From NCBI GenBank assembly GCA_030654075.1, contig JAURYB010000005.1:8732-72731 (forward strand): 64,000 nucleotides of DNA. The letters run 5' to 3'. This document shows positions 1 through 10,027 of this stretch, one piece after another. Every line of letters begins with the position of its first letter. Position 1 is the first letter of the stretch. A program made the translations under genes and the position numbers. The notes under the pieces were generated by a model. The model was not told where the DNA came from. It saw only the letters and a program-made list of their open reading frames with translations, and ran no database searches. This DNA comes from Bacteroidales bacterium (GTDB lineage: Bacteria; Bacteroidota; Bacteroidia; Bacteroidales; UBA4417).

Positions 1-52
1 TGGCAGAAAATACATGTACCCACGCTCCGGATACATATACCGCGCCCCACAC

Positions 53-73
53 ATTCTATTTGAGCCTATTTGA
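53..73. repeat. 21-nt direct repeat ATTCTATTTGAGCCTATTTGA, copy 1
   Basis: Identical 21-mer recurs at 938-958. The 21-mer itself contains CTATTTGA twice in tandem. Confidence 0.7.
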
Positions 74-168
74 GAAATATTTACCGAACCCTGTACTATA
101 TCTTTGTCCCATTAAAATTCTTTAGATTTTAGATTAAAGTGTCTGTTATTAAGGAATAAACCGAAAAC

Positions 169-828
169 ATGTATACATTCTACAAACCAGAGGCAGAAGT
201 AAATAAGCTAAGAGTTTCAGCCAATAGCCCCTTGACGGCGAAAGAAGTCGTCATCACAACCAATGGTAAAACGGCAGGTCAGAGTGCAGGCCCAGGATTG
301 TCAACTACCAAAACTTATTTAGAAATGTATGGTGGTAGAATAAGGGCATACAGCATGAAAAGCATTGGCTCAGCATTATATTTCACCCTGGCTGACAATG
401 ATGAACCTGCTAAAGAAACCGTTATTCAGCAACTTGCGCCTCCAGATAAAGCCGAACAAGTCAGAAAACTGAAAATACTGATTGCCGAAGATGATGAAGT
501 ATCAGAAATGTTGATTTCCATAACACTCAGAATGTTTTGCAAAGAAATTTTAAAAGTTACGACAGGGGTTGAAGCCGTAGAGAAATGCCGTGAAAATCCT
601 GACATAGATCTGGTTCTGATGGATATTCACATGCCTGATCTGAACGGTTATGACGCTACAAGGCAAATCAGACAATTTAACAAAGAACTGGTCATTATTG
701 CACAAACTGCTTATGGACAATCCGGCGACCGGGAAAAGGCAATTGAGGTCGGATGCAACGATTATATTGCAAAGCCAATTGCCATAGATGAATTGCATGC
801 ACTAATTTATAAGTATTTCAAGAAATAA
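169..828 (+). CDS. Receiver (REC) domain protein with a degenerate histidine-kinase ATPase tail at its N-terminus; probable remnant of a hybrid sensor kinase
   Basis: C-terminal ~120 aa look like a CheY-type receiver (KILIAEDDEV, LVLMDIHMPDLNGYD, AKP). The N-terminus has only a decayed G2-box-like GPGLS...GGRIRAYS segment. An in-frame TAA at 157-159 excludes an upstream H-box or dimerisation domain. Confidence 0.6.
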   Translation: MYTFYKPEAEVNKLRVSANSPLTAKEVVITTNGKTAGQSAGPGLSTTKTYLEMYGGRIRAYSMKSIGSALYFTLADNDEPAKETVIQQLAPPDKAEQVRKLKILIAEDDEVSEMLISITLRMFCKEILKVTTGVEAVEKCRENPDIDLVLMDIHMPDLNGYDATRQIRQFNKELVIIAQTAYGQSGDREKAIEVGCNDYIAKPIAIDELHALIYKYFKK

Positions 829-937
829 CACAGAGCAAACAGGCAATTAAACGGCTGAACACAAAGCGCAAAGCTGAAATATAGCCAATGTTAATCAGGG
901 TTACATCGGTAATTCAAACGTCAACCGTATGCTGCCA

Positions 938-958
938 ATTCTATTTGAGCCTATTTGA
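938..958. repeat. 21-nt direct repeat ATTCTATTTGAGCCTATTTGA, copy 2
   Basis: Perfect match to 53-73; the two copies bracket the REC ORF. Confidence 0.7.
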
Positions 959-1050
959 AAAAGTTTTGTGGGGAAAAGTGATATATTTTTGGGAAGCGGG
1001 AAGTAGAGCAGGTACTAATTGTCAGAATATCCTTTCTAAAATTAAATACT

Positions 1051-1716
1051 ATGAGAAAAAGATTTACATTCCAAAAGGCAAGGTATTTTGGCTTTTTTGT
1101 TCTTTGCTCTTTTCTAATAACAATTCTTTCTTGTACTGGGACTTCAGAAAAAAAAGATATAGATAACTCAACGATGAATGAGTCAAATACCAAATTATTT
1201 AAATCAGAGAAGAAATCGATAGAAGAAGTTTCGCTACCGGCAAAAGAAATACCTGTTGAAATCGTACCTGAAAATGCCTGGGAAACTTTGAGTTTTAAAA
1301 ATTACACAATTAATATTCCAGGCAACAAACGCATGGTAAAAAATAACCCAGAAGGAAATTTTACTTTGTACCTGCTGTCTGAACAAACAGATAATATCAT
1401 GATGCAAATCAATGATTTAGAAGGGTATATGCTAACTTTAGATTCGTATTCATTTCAGTTTTCAGATGAATACTTCCGAAGAACAAATGTGAATCTTATT
1501 GAGGATAAGAGAATTACTGTTAACAATCAGCCCTGCCATAAATTTGTCGCTACTGCTGATGACGGACACGGAGAAATCGAATATAAAACCATGGTTTATA
1601 TTTGGGTGAAGAACAATTGGGCATACAACCTAACATTCACTGCCAAGCCAGATAAATATAATGAGCTGAAACCAATTGCGGAAAAAGTTTTTGTGAGTTT
1701 TACGCTAAAAAAATAA
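1051..1716 (+). CDS. Hypothetical lipoprotein
   Basis: 221-aa ORF with a signal peptide ending in lipobox-like ILSC. No family recognised. Confidence 0.5.
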   Translation: MRKRFTFQKARYFGFFVLCSFLITILSCTGTSEKKDIDNSTMNESNTKLFKSEKKSIEEVSLPAKEIPVEIVPENAWETLSFKNYTINIPGNKRMVKNNPEGNFTLYLLSEQTDNIMMQINDLEGYMLTLDSYSFQFSDEYFRRTNVNLIEDKRITVNNQPCHKFVATADDGHGEIEYKTMVYIWVKNNWAYNLTFTAKPDKYNELKPIAEKVFVSFTLKK

Positions 1717-1850
1717 ATAGAAACATTCGAGATTAAACCAAGAGCTAAAGCATTAAACTGATTAATAACGATAAGCTACTCAAAGAAATCCATTAAAACC
1801 ATAATAATCAATAATTATTTTCACTCAAATAACCAACAAATCTTTAAAAA

Positions 1851-2156
1851 ATGGAAAACAAAAAAACATTACCGAATTCAACAGCAACCCTGATATTAGG
1901 AATATGCTCTATCGTTTTCGGATGCTTGTTTGTAGGCTTTATTTTAGGCATCATTGGCCTATCTATTTCTGGAACAAGTAAACGCCTTTATCTACAAAAT
2001 CCAAATGATTACCAAGGTTATGGAGCCTTAAATGCAGGTAGAATTATGTCAATTATAGGATTGATACTTGGTTCTATTGCCATTCTATACTGGTTAATTG
2101 TTGTAGTTATCATTGGCGCAGGTACCCTTCCCTGGCTTCAATTCTTGAGCAACTGA
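1851..2156 (+). CDS. Small integral membrane protein (DUF4190/CCC-motif-membrane-protein-like)
   Basis: 101 aa with two to three hydrophobic helices (ATLILGICSIVFGCLFVGFILGIIGL, IMSIIGLILGSIAILYWLIVVVI). Its stop overlaps the next start (TGATG at 2154-2158). Confidence 0.5.
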   Translation: MENKKTLPNSTATLILGICSIVFGCLFVGFILGIIGLSISGTSKRLYLQNPNDYQGYGALNAGRIMSIIGLILGSIAILYWLIVVVIIGAGTLPWLQFLSN

Positions 2157-2455
2157 TGCTTAGGGTTATAGCACAATGGCTTCAAGGGCATATGTTTCCA
2201 TGCTTTTACAAACAAGTATTTGGATTTAGTTGCCCAATGTGTGGCTTTCAGCGGTCCGTAATAGAATTACTTAAAGGCAATATTCTGGAAAGCTTCATTT
2301 TATTTCCTGCATTAATTCCACTATTAATAACAAGCCTGTTATTCATTGTGCTAAAATTCAAAACAAAACAAAAATCAAGAATTGTAGTACAGGTAATGTT
2401 ACTTTTTGATCTTATGTTTATGACGTTAACCTGTGTTTGTAAAAATATTTATTAA
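2156..2455 (+). CDS. DUF2752-like membrane protein
   Basis: N-terminal CPxCG motif (FSCPMCGFQRS) followed by hydrophobic helices. Translationally coupled to the upstream small membrane protein. Confidence 0.5.
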   Translation: MLRVIAQWLQGHMFPCFYKQVFGFSCPMCGFQRSVIELLKGNILESFILFPALIPLLITSLLFIVLKFKTKQKSRIVVQVMLLFDLMFMTLTCVCKNIY

Positions 2456-2472
2456 TAATTAAATCTAAAAAA

Positions 2473-3342
2473 ATGAAAAAGACTGATTTATTTGATTACA
2501 GATTAGCTAGCAAAGCATTATTCTTTGCAATAACTATTTCGTCAATTTTATCAAGTTGCTCTGAAAAGAAACCACTTGAATTAAAACCATCAAAGACAAA
2601 TATTGTAAATGTAACAGATTTTGATGATGTTTTCGGTCCAGTTAGAAGGAGTGAATCCATATCTGAATTTATTGAGATTATTGATGGGGCATATATGATG
2701 GTTCCTATAAACGACGGAAACAATTGGAGAATTGATGTCAAGGTAAAATCAATTAAAATAGCAGATAAGGATGATGAGTTTGAAATTTCAAATACTGGTT
2801 ATACACCTGGTGGTACAGGGCTGTATCTTATTGATAAAGCCGGGACAGTAATTGCGGAAGGGGGAGGCTCTGGTCAGTTTGATCTAACAAATAAAGATGT
2901 ATTAAAAGATTATCTATATTCAGGGAAAGGTAATTGTATGTTGAGATTTGAAATAGGGGGAGCTCTTGAGGAATTCCTTAAAACACCTGAAAATATAGCA
3001 GGTTTTATTATAAGAACATCAGCATATAGGAAGACTGCTGAAACAGAAGCAAACCAGTCTATTGAATCATCGGTATCTACTTCCGAGTCCGTGACCTCTG
3101 GCAGTCAGGACTGGGATAAGCTTCTTTCCGACTATGAATCCTATACAGATAAATATATAGCACTTCTGACAAAAGCTAAAAACGGTGATGCTTCAGCAAT
3201 GACCGAGTATATAGATATGTTAGGGAAAGCAACAGAACTGCAAGAAAGCCTTATGGGATCTGATGGTGTTATGTCGCCATCACAGCTTCAAAAGTTTTCA
3301 AAAATTCAGCAGAAACTTCTAACTGCTGCAAGTAGTTTGTAA
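2473..3342 (+). CDS. Hypothetical lipoprotein
   Basis: 289-aa ORF with signal peptide and lipobox LSSC. Helical Ser/Thr-rich C-terminus. No family recognised. Confidence 0.5.
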   Translation: MKKTDLFDYRLASKALFFAITISSILSSCSEKKPLELKPSKTNIVNVTDFDDVFGPVRRSESISEFIEIIDGAYMMVPINDGNNWRIDVKVKSIKIADKDDEFEISNTGYTPGGTGLYLIDKAGTVIAEGGGSGQFDLTNKDVLKDYLYSGKGNCMLRFEIGGALEEFLKTPENIAGFIIRTSAYRKTAETEANQSIESSVSTSESVTSGSQDWDKLLSDYESYTDKYIALLTKAKNGDASAMTEYIDMLGKATELQESLMGSDGVMSPSQLQKFSKIQQKLLTAASSL

Positions 3343-3534
3343 ATTCTACCGGAATGCGGTAGATAACAAAACGTTTGCCTTTAGTTTTTGTATCATGGGT
3401 TTTATTAATGGTATTCCATTCAGTCAAAAGCTATAAGATCAGCAAATAACCGTTTGGTCTTATAGTTTTTAGAAGCCACCTTCCCTGATATTATGATAAA
3501 ATGTACCCCATTTTAACCCTCAATTTTAACTTTT

Positions 3535-3909
3535 ATGCCCATCAAACGCGGAACCGTAACCATAAAGCGCAATCCCGGGCAATTGTTAAAGCTCGGTGGG
3601 GAAATTTATGCCAAACACCTGCTGGATGGGGCGGAATCGCCTTTAAAATCGCTGGTGGATAACAACTGGGATATAACCGGCCCCAAAATTGCCCTTTGCC
3701 TGCAAAACCACCAGATGGCCGAAGAACTGAAACGCCAAATGGAACTTGCTTACAAGGAACGCGATAAGGTGCTGGCCGAAATTGAGGAAATAGTGCGCAA
3801 CAGCGCGGCATTGCTGAAAGGCATATACCGCAATACTCCCAAAAAACTCGGCGACTGGGGTTTTGAAGTAACCGAAACTATTGCTGTAAGCAAAAATCCG
3901 GCTCCCTGA
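3535..3909 (+). CDS. Hypothetical protein (orphan, visibly more GC-rich than its flanks)
   Basis: 124-aa ORF with no signal peptide, followed by a clean terminator. Flanked by repeated GATAAAATGYAC motifs. Confidence 0.4.
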   Translation: MPIKRGTVTIKRNPGQLLKLGGEIYAKHLLDGAESPLKSLVDNNWDITGPKIALCLQNHQMAEELKRQMELAYKERDKVLAEIEEIVRNSAALLKGIYRNTPKKLGDWGFEVTETIAVSKNPAP

Positions 3910-3975
3910 AAGATTTTCTGATATCAATTATTCTATATTCTGTAAAACTAACTGTAAGGTTGCAGCCCCTACAGT

Positions 3976-4007
3976 AATCCTGGGTCCCCGGACTCAGGAT
4001 TTTTTTT
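3976..4007 (+). terminator. Rho-independent terminator
   Basis: AATCCTGGGTCC / GGACTCAGGATT stem (one G:T pair) followed by an 8-T run, about 70 nt after the 3909 stop. Confidence 0.55.
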
Positions 4008-4117
4008 GCTGTCAAACAGGCAAAAGCTTGCTAAATCGTATTACAATAAATGGCTTTTATCCGGATTTGCAATTCAAAAACTCTCCACCGAAAGATTTTG
4101 TGCCTTAGTATTTTATC

Positions 4118-4175
4118 TTTCGCCTTGATAAAATGTACATTTAGTTATTTTTTCGCCTTGATAAAATGCACATTT
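4118..4175. repeat. Two 25-nt direct repeats TTTCGCCTTGATAAAATG(T/C)ACATTT at 33-bp spacing
   Basis: 4118-4142 and 4151-4175 differ at one base. The core TGATAAAATGTAC also occurs at 3494-3506. Confidence 0.6.
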
Positions 4176-4297
4176 CACCAACTTTCCGCCTATGATTAAT
4201 TACATAACTTATTATAAATAATTGATTAATAAGCAATTAAATGGAGGAGCCAACTTGTACCCTCCACTAAAGATAAAATGGGGCTTTGTTATTCGCC

Positions 4298-7200
4298 TTA
4301 AACCGATTCTTCAATTTTAAAATCCCTCAACACCTTAAGCGCATCCGAAATTGAATTAACCTTTTGAAACGTAATTGTCAGCTTTCCGGAACCTTCCTTC
4401 ATACGGCAGGAATGTGTATGCGTTTGAACATATTTGAGCACGGCTGTAAAAACCTCGCTTTGATAATAGGGTGATGCTTCGTTGCTCAGGAAATGCCCGG
4501 TCATACTTTGGTTGCGGAGAATTAGCTTTTCAATCCCGATGGTTTTTGCCAGTCGGCGGAGCCTGATTGCATTCAGCAGTTCCTGAGTTTCGGCTGGCAC
4601 CGGGCCAAAGCGGTCAATCAGTTTATCCTGGAAAGCGAGAAGGGCTTCTTCGGTTTCAAGGTTATCAAGTTCCTTATACAGGCTCAGCCTTTCGGTGATA
4701 TTGCTGATATATTGATCGGGAATCAGGATTTCGAGGTCGGTTTCAATCTGGCATTCGCGAACGAATTCCTTATCCATTTCGTCGGCATACAATTCCGAAT
4801 ATTCGGCAATTTTCAGTTCGTGCATAGCTTCGTCGAGGATTTTCTGGTACATCTCGAAACCAATTTCGGTGATAAAGCCGCTTTGTTCAGCGCCAAGAAT
4901 ATTCCCGGCACCGCGGATATCGAGGTCGCGCATGGCGATATTGAATCCGCTGCCGATATCGGCAAATTCCTCAATGGCTTTCAACCGCTTCCGTGCTTCA
5001 TCACTTAAAACTGACATGGGAGGAGCAAGCAAATAACAGAAAGCCTTGCGGTTCGACCTGCCAACACGTCCGCGCAACTGGTGCAAATCGCTCAATCCGT
5101 AATGATGCGCATCGTTAATAATTATCGTGTTCGCATTCTGAATATCCAAGCCGGACTCAACAATAGTTGTACTTACTAAAACATCAAAATCACCTTCTAC
5201 AAAGCCGAGCATCACTTTTTCGAGCTTATGCCCATCCATTTGTCCATGGCCAACTCCGACCTTTGCGTCAGGCACAAGCCGCTGAATGATACCGGCAAGG
5301 TCCATCAGGTTTTGTATCCGGTTGTTGACAAAAAACACCTGGCCACCACGTTGTATTTCGTAACTGATTGCGTCGCGGACAATATCTTCATTAAAAACAT
5401 GTACTTCCGTTTGTACGGGGTACCGGTTAGGTGGGGCAGTATTTATTATACTCATATCTCGGGCACCCATCATCGAAAACTGCAATGTACGCGGAATAGG
5501 AGTTGCCGTTAAAATCAGTGTATCAACGTTTACACGAAGTTTTTTGAGTTTCTCTTTGGCTGACACTCCGAATTTCTGTTCTTCATCAATGATCATCAAA
5601 CCCAGATCTTTAAACTTAACATCGGCGCTAAGCAAACGGTGTGTTCCAATCAGTATGTCGGTCTTGCCTTCTTCCAGGTCTTTAAGGGTTTCATTTTGTT
5701 GTTGGGTACTTTTAAAACGGTTAATATAATCCACCCGGCAAGGCATGTTTTTGAGCCTTTCGGAAAAAGTTTTAAAATGTTGTACCGCCAAAACCGTCGT
5801 AGGAACAAGGATGGCAACCTGTTTGCTGTCGGCAACAGCTTTAAAAGCGGCACGGATGGCAATTTCCGTTTTCCCGAAGCCCACATCGCCGCATATCAGC
5901 CGATCCATGGGATGATCAGCTTCCATATCGCGCTTCACGTCGAGCGTGGACTTAACCTGGTCGGGAGTATCTTCGTAAATAAAGGAGGCTTCGAGTTCGG
6001 TTTGAAGATAGGTGTCAGGAGTAAATGCAAAGCCTTTGGCAGCGCGGCGTTCGGCATACAGTTTTATCAGGTCGCGGGCAATATCTTTTACACGGGCTTT
6101 GGTTTTGGCTTTCAGTTTATTCCATGCGTTCGATCCAAGCCTGTCCATGGATGGAACATGGCCTTCCTTGCCCGAATACTTCGAAATACGGTGAAGCGCG
6201 TGAATGCTGATATACAGCAAATCTTCATTCTGATAAATAATACGGATGGCTTCCTGCCATTTGCCGTTGTTATTGATTTTTTCAAGCCCGTCGAAGCGGC
6301 CAACACCGTGATCAATATGCGTAACATAATCGCCTGGTTTCAGGTCATACATTTCCTTCAGCGTAAGCGCCTGCTTGCCGCTGAAACTTTCCTTAAGCCT
6401 GAACTTGTGATACCGGTCGAAAAGCTGGTGGTCCGTATAACAGGCAATGCCAAGTTCCTTACTTACAAATCCTTCGTGCAGCGAAAGGTTGATACAAACA
6501 AATTCGAGAGCATCCTCAGTTGGGTGGTTTTTCTCCAGGTCGTCGAGGATGGTATAAATACGTTCAACCTGCTTTGGACTATCGGCAAGCAGTACATTTC
6601 GGATATTATTGGATGTATTCTTCTGAAGTTCAGCCACGAAAAGATCGAAGTTTTTATTAAACGACGGCTGGGGTGTTATCTGAAAATCAACGGTAAACGT
6701 ATGTTCAAAGAAAGTATGCTTGCCAAATTCAACGATATTAAATCCGGTAACCTGCCTGAGGAAAGATTCCCTGTCGGCAAATAATTCTGCCGGTTCCAGG
6801 TGTTGAACAGGTCCCGTAAGCGCTTCAAAGGCTTTCACTGCTTTTTCATATTCAAGCTCAATCCTGTCGGCAGCAAAACCGGTATCATTCAGACAGAGAA
6901 TGGTGTAGCGTGGTATAAAATCAAGGAAAGTTTCACGCGTTTCGACCAGGGCGCGATCCTGCACATTCGGAACTATGGTAATATGGTCGAGCTTATCGAT
7001 GGATCGCTGTGTTACCGGATCGAACGTACGCAATGATCCCACCTCATCACCAACAAACTCGATACGATAGGGATTGTCGTTGGTAAATGAAAACACATCG
7101 ATAATACCTCCGCGCAATGCAAACTGGCCTGCTTCAACCACGTAATCGGTGCGGACAAACCCATATTCGTCCAGGAGATCATAAATAAAATCGAGGTCAA

Positions 7201-7732
7201 CCGTTTCGCCGCGCTTCAGTTTCAGTGTTGATTTCTCCAGGTACTTGCGGTTAACCACTTTTTCAGTGAGCGCTTCGGGATACGTGACAATAATGGTATC
7301 CTTGCCACGGGTTGTTATGCGTTTGAGCACCTCAGTCCGCATCAGCACATTGGAGTTGTCGGTTTTTTCGGGTTCGTAGGGTTTTTTATACGATGTAGGA
7401 TAGAACAAAACGTGACGGCGGTGGAAATTTTCGTCGGTATCGCCTAAGAGGTTTTCAAGATCATTGCAAAAATAAACAGCGCTTTCCTTATCGTTAAGCA
7501 CAACCAGATGAATCCCCGAAATGGCCTGATGCATGGCTGCTGCAGCGACAGAGGCCGATGAACCAACAAATCCCTTCAGCAGTACCCTTTGTTTATCAGG
7601 GCTTTTCAATAAAGCTACAGCCTCCTGAATACGCGTATCCCTTGTAAAGGATTGAACCATCTGCGAAGCTGAAAACGATTCGGGAACAGGTTCTCCCAAC
7701 GGCACCAAAGCTAATTTATCATTTGAACTCAT
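4298..7732 (-). CDS. mfd: Transcription-repair coupling factor
   Basis: 1144 aa with helicase motifs GDVGFGKTEIAIRAAF, DEEQKFGV and RGRVGRS, and typical Mfd length and architecture. Confidence 0.95.
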   Translation of the reverse strand: MSSNDKLALVPLGEPVPESFSASQMVQSFTRDTRIQEAVALLKSPDKQRVLLKGFVGSSASVAAAAMHQAISGIHLVVLNDKESAVYFCNDLENLLGDTDENFHRRHVLFYPTSYKKPYEPEKTDNSNVLMRTEVLKRITTRGKDTIIVTYPEALTEKVVNRKYLEKSTLKLKRGETVDLDFIYDLLDEYGFVRTDYVVEAGQFALRGGIIDVFSFTNDNPYRIEFVGDEVGSLRTFDPVTQRSIDKLDHITIVPNVQDRALVETRETFLDFIPRYTILCLNDTGFAADRIELEYEKAVKAFEALTGPVQHLEPAELFADRESFLRQVTGFNIVEFGKHTFFEHTFTVDFQITPQPSFNKNFDLFVAELQKNTSNNIRNVLLADSPKQVERIYTILDDLEKNHPTEDALEFVCINLSLHEGFVSKELGIACYTDHQLFDRYHKFRLKESFSGKQALTLKEMYDLKPGDYVTHIDHGVGRFDGLEKINNNGKWQEAIRIIYQNEDLLYISIHALHRISKYSGKEGHVPSMDRLGSNAWNKLKAKTKARVKDIARDLIKLYAERRAAKGFAFTPDTYLQTELEASFIYEDTPDQVKSTLDVKRDMEADHPMDRLICGDVGFGKTEIAIRAAFKAVADSKQVAILVPTTVLAVQHFKTFSERLKNMPCRVDYINRFKSTQQQNETLKDLEEGKTDILIGTHRLLSADVKFKDLGLMIIDEEQKFGVSAKEKLKKLRVNVDTLILTATPIPRTLQFSMMGARDMSIINTAPPNRYPVQTEVHVFNEDIVRDAISYEIQRGGQVFFVNNRIQNLMDLAGIIQRLVPDAKVGVGHGQMDGHKLEKVMLGFVEGDFDVLVSTTIVESGLDIQNANTIIINDAHHYGLSDLHQLRGRVGRSNRKAFCYLLAPPMSVLSDEARKRLKAIEEFADIGSGFNIAMRDLDIRGAGNILGAEQSGFITEIGFEMYQKILDEAMHELKIAEYSELYADEMDKEFVRECQIETDLEILIPDQYISNITERLSLYKELDNLETEEALLAFQDKLIDRFGPVPAETQELLNAIRLRRLAKTIGIEKLILRNQSMTGHFLSNEASPYYQSEVFTAVLKYVQTHTHSCRMKEGSGKLTITFQKVNSISDALKVLRDFKIEESV

Positions 7733-8158
7733 TGAATTTTATAAATGCGTATAGCCGGAAAAGTGAATTACCGGCGGATTTAATTTTGGAGCAAAGGTAG
7801 TGAAGATTCGTTTGCCGAATTAAGGTTGGATTGTGATGTAAAGTCTCAATTCAGATAGTAGTGAGGGCTTCACTTGAAGTGAAATCCTAACAAGTTTTAA
7901 TAGTTAAACCAAAGATTCATATCCACTCAAGGAAGACAAGAACTCAAATCTCGTCTATATTCTCCACAGAAAAAAGTTGAAGGTAAATTAAGAATTCCAG
8001 AATTGAAGCCTGTTAATATTTTCACACTTCGCATACTTTTCATAATTATGTGTATTACATTTGTGAAACAAAATATACAACGGCACCAATTCGTATATAG
8101 ATATAAAGGGCAGAGTATTGGGAGTAAAATAGTTATCAGTATTTATAAAATTTGATTT

Positions 8159-8665
8159 ATGAAGTTACAACTGATTCAAAGCAAGATTTATGAAATAAGA
8201 GGGCAGCGGATAATGCTCGATTTTGATCTGGCGGAACTTTACGAAGTAGAAACAAGGATTTTGAATCAAGCAGTTAAACGGAATATTGATCGATTCCCGG
8301 CTGATTTTATGTTTCAACTCGATAAAAGTGAGTGGGAATCTTTAAGATCACAAATTGTGATCTTAGAAACGGGCAGGGGCAGACATAGTAAATATCTGCC
8401 ATTGGCTTTTACGGAACAAGGATTGGCCATGTTAAGCGGAATACTAAACTCTGCAAAAGCAATTGAGGTAAACATCGCCATCATGAGGGCCTTTGTGTTT
8501 ATAAGGCAATATGCTCTCTCTCATAAAGATTTAACCGATAAATTGAAGGAACTTGAAAACAAATACGATACCCAATTCAGTGATGTTTACCAGGCATTAA
8601 ACTATCTGCTTGAAAAGGATAAGCAGGAAATGGATCAAAAGGAGAGGAAAAGGATTGGTTATTGA
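8159..8665 (+). CDS. ORF6N (KilA-N-like) DNA-binding domain protein
   Basis: N-terminal RGQRIMLDFDLAELYEVETRILNQAVKRNIDRFPADFMFQL is the characteristic ORF6N signature. Confidence 0.75.
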   Translation: MKLQLIQSKIYEIRGQRIMLDFDLAELYEVETRILNQAVKRNIDRFPADFMFQLDKSEWESLRSQIVILETGRGRHSKYLPLAFTEQGLAMLSGILNSAKAIEVNIAIMRAFVFIRQYALSHKDLTDKLKELENKYDTQFSDVYQALNYLLEKDKQEMDQKERKRIGY

Positions 8666-8742
8666 AAGTACATTAATTTATAAATACAAAGGGCACAAAC
8701 AGGTAAACCGAAAAAGGTTGTTCCGGTTGGGGTAGCCTTTTT

Positions 8743-8803
8743 GTAGCATTAGTCAGGGTTTGACTTGAAGTCAAGCCCTGACTAATTCCGGGCGGAATGC
8801 TAC
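8743..8803. terminator. Long palindromic hairpin between convergent genes (possible bidirectional terminator)
   Basis: TTAGTCAGGGTTTGACTT / GAAGTCAAGCCCTGACTAA inner palindrome, plus an outer GTAGCATT / AATGCTAC stem. Lies between the ORF6N stop (8665) and the lipase stop (8927). Confidence 0.4.
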
Positions 8804-8926
8804 TTAAAATTGCGTTCCGATTCATACAAAATACAATGAATAATAGTGGAAGCAACGCCAGAATATTTCCCGGCAAAACCTCCCTGTTGTCTTCTATTCA
8901 CAACAGTATGACTTATTGCCCTGTAA

Positions 8927-10027
8927 TTAGTCATTCAACTGCTCAAGCAGGTATAAGTATTGTGTATGCGCATGGTGAGTGAAGACGTTTTTTTTGTCAT
9001 CGGGAAAAAGCTTGTAATACGCATCATCAGCATTAAGCACGATTGTAGTTCCGGTTCTCACATAATGGCTGCTGGGGTAGTACTGCGGAGGGATAAAATC
9101 GGGCAGGTACGACTTTATCAGCTTTGAAGTCATTTCACCTAAATATTTTTCATAATTCCGTTGTGCTTTTCGGGCGGTGTTTTCCATTTTTTTGAATACA
9201 TGTTTCATTAACATGTTTTTCGGGAATTTCTGCTTTTTAAAAACGGATTCAACATTAACAAACGGATTGGTTGTATTAAAATCATTTAATGTCTGAACCG
9301 AAACCGGTGTTTCAGGAACCCAGTCGGCACTATTTACAACATTAAAAGCCCATCCGCCTTGTGTCAAAGCTTCATAATCATAGGCAAAGAAAAGATTCCC
9401 GGGTTTTGGGCTGGCACTGCCATATGTTTTAAACCGGATATCAGCGGGAATCAATTTTTGATCTTGCAGGTTAAGTAAAAAGGCTGTTAAAAGATAAGCA
9501 ATACCTCCACCCTGGCTGTGACCCATGATCAGGAACTCCCGTGTACCTTTTTTATAGCACAAATCAATTTTAGGCAACATATCCCTTGATAAATATGCAG
9601 TACTCAGCAGCCAGCCAATATGCACGGCTGCCTTGGGGTTTGATGCAAGTTCGTATTCGAAAACATCGTTCGCCGAAAGTTGCAATTTCCCCCTGGCGGG
9701 AACCATTGCAGCATAAAAATTTGCCAGCCAGCTCTCCTGTTTTGAAGTAGTTCCTCTAATACTGATAGCAGCAACTGAATTATCTCCTTTCCATAAATCC
9801 CACATATTGGCCAAACCCATTTCAGGAGAGTGGTAAACCATTTTGAAATGTTGTGGTTCAGGAAAAGTATTATAATACGCTGAATCGGAAGTGGATCGGG
9901 CAGAAATCAGCATTAGCTCCTTGTATTCCTCTTTATCGAAACCTGGTTTTAAGTGCTGAGCGGAAAGGAATAAAGGGATTAACAGTATTAATAAAAAAGT
10001 CGGATAAATCAGTTTTATAGTTTTCAT
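8927..10027 (-). CDS. Secreted class-3 lipase / alpha-beta hydrolase
   Basis: Nucleophile elbow GHSQGG in LIMGHSQGGGIAYLL. Start set at the internal ATG (10027) that gives signal peptide MKTIKLIYPTFLLILLIPLFLSAQ. Confidence 0.7.
   Translation of the reverse strand: MKTIKLIYPTFLLILLIPLFLSAQHLKPGFDKEEYKELMLISARSTSDSAYYNTFPEPQHFKMVYHSPEMGLANMWDLWKGDNSVAAISIRGTTSKQESWLANFYAAMVPARGKLQLSANDVFEYELASNPKAAVHIGWLLSTAYLSRDMLPKIDLCYKKGTREFLIMGHSQGGGIAYLLTAFLLNLQDQKLIPADIRFKTYGSASPKPGNLFFAYDYEALTQGGWAFNVVNSADWVPETPVSVQTLNDFNTTNPFVNVESVFKKQKFPKNMLMKHVFKKMENTARKAQRNYEKYLGEMTSKLIKSYLPDFIPPQYYPSSHYVRTGTTIVLNADDAYYKLFPDDKKNVFTHHAHTQYLYLLEQLND

Noticed and set aside
4712-7200. Many ORFs antisense or out of frame within mfd (e.g. 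the 381-aa ORF at 5639-6784)
   Set aside because: They lie entirely inside a confidently identified 1144-aa gene. Their sequences are low-complexity and not protein-like, as is typical of shadow ORFs. The same reasoning applies to antisense ORFs inside the other long genes (e.g. 28520-28978, 61102-61788, 62719-63405, 42816-43226).
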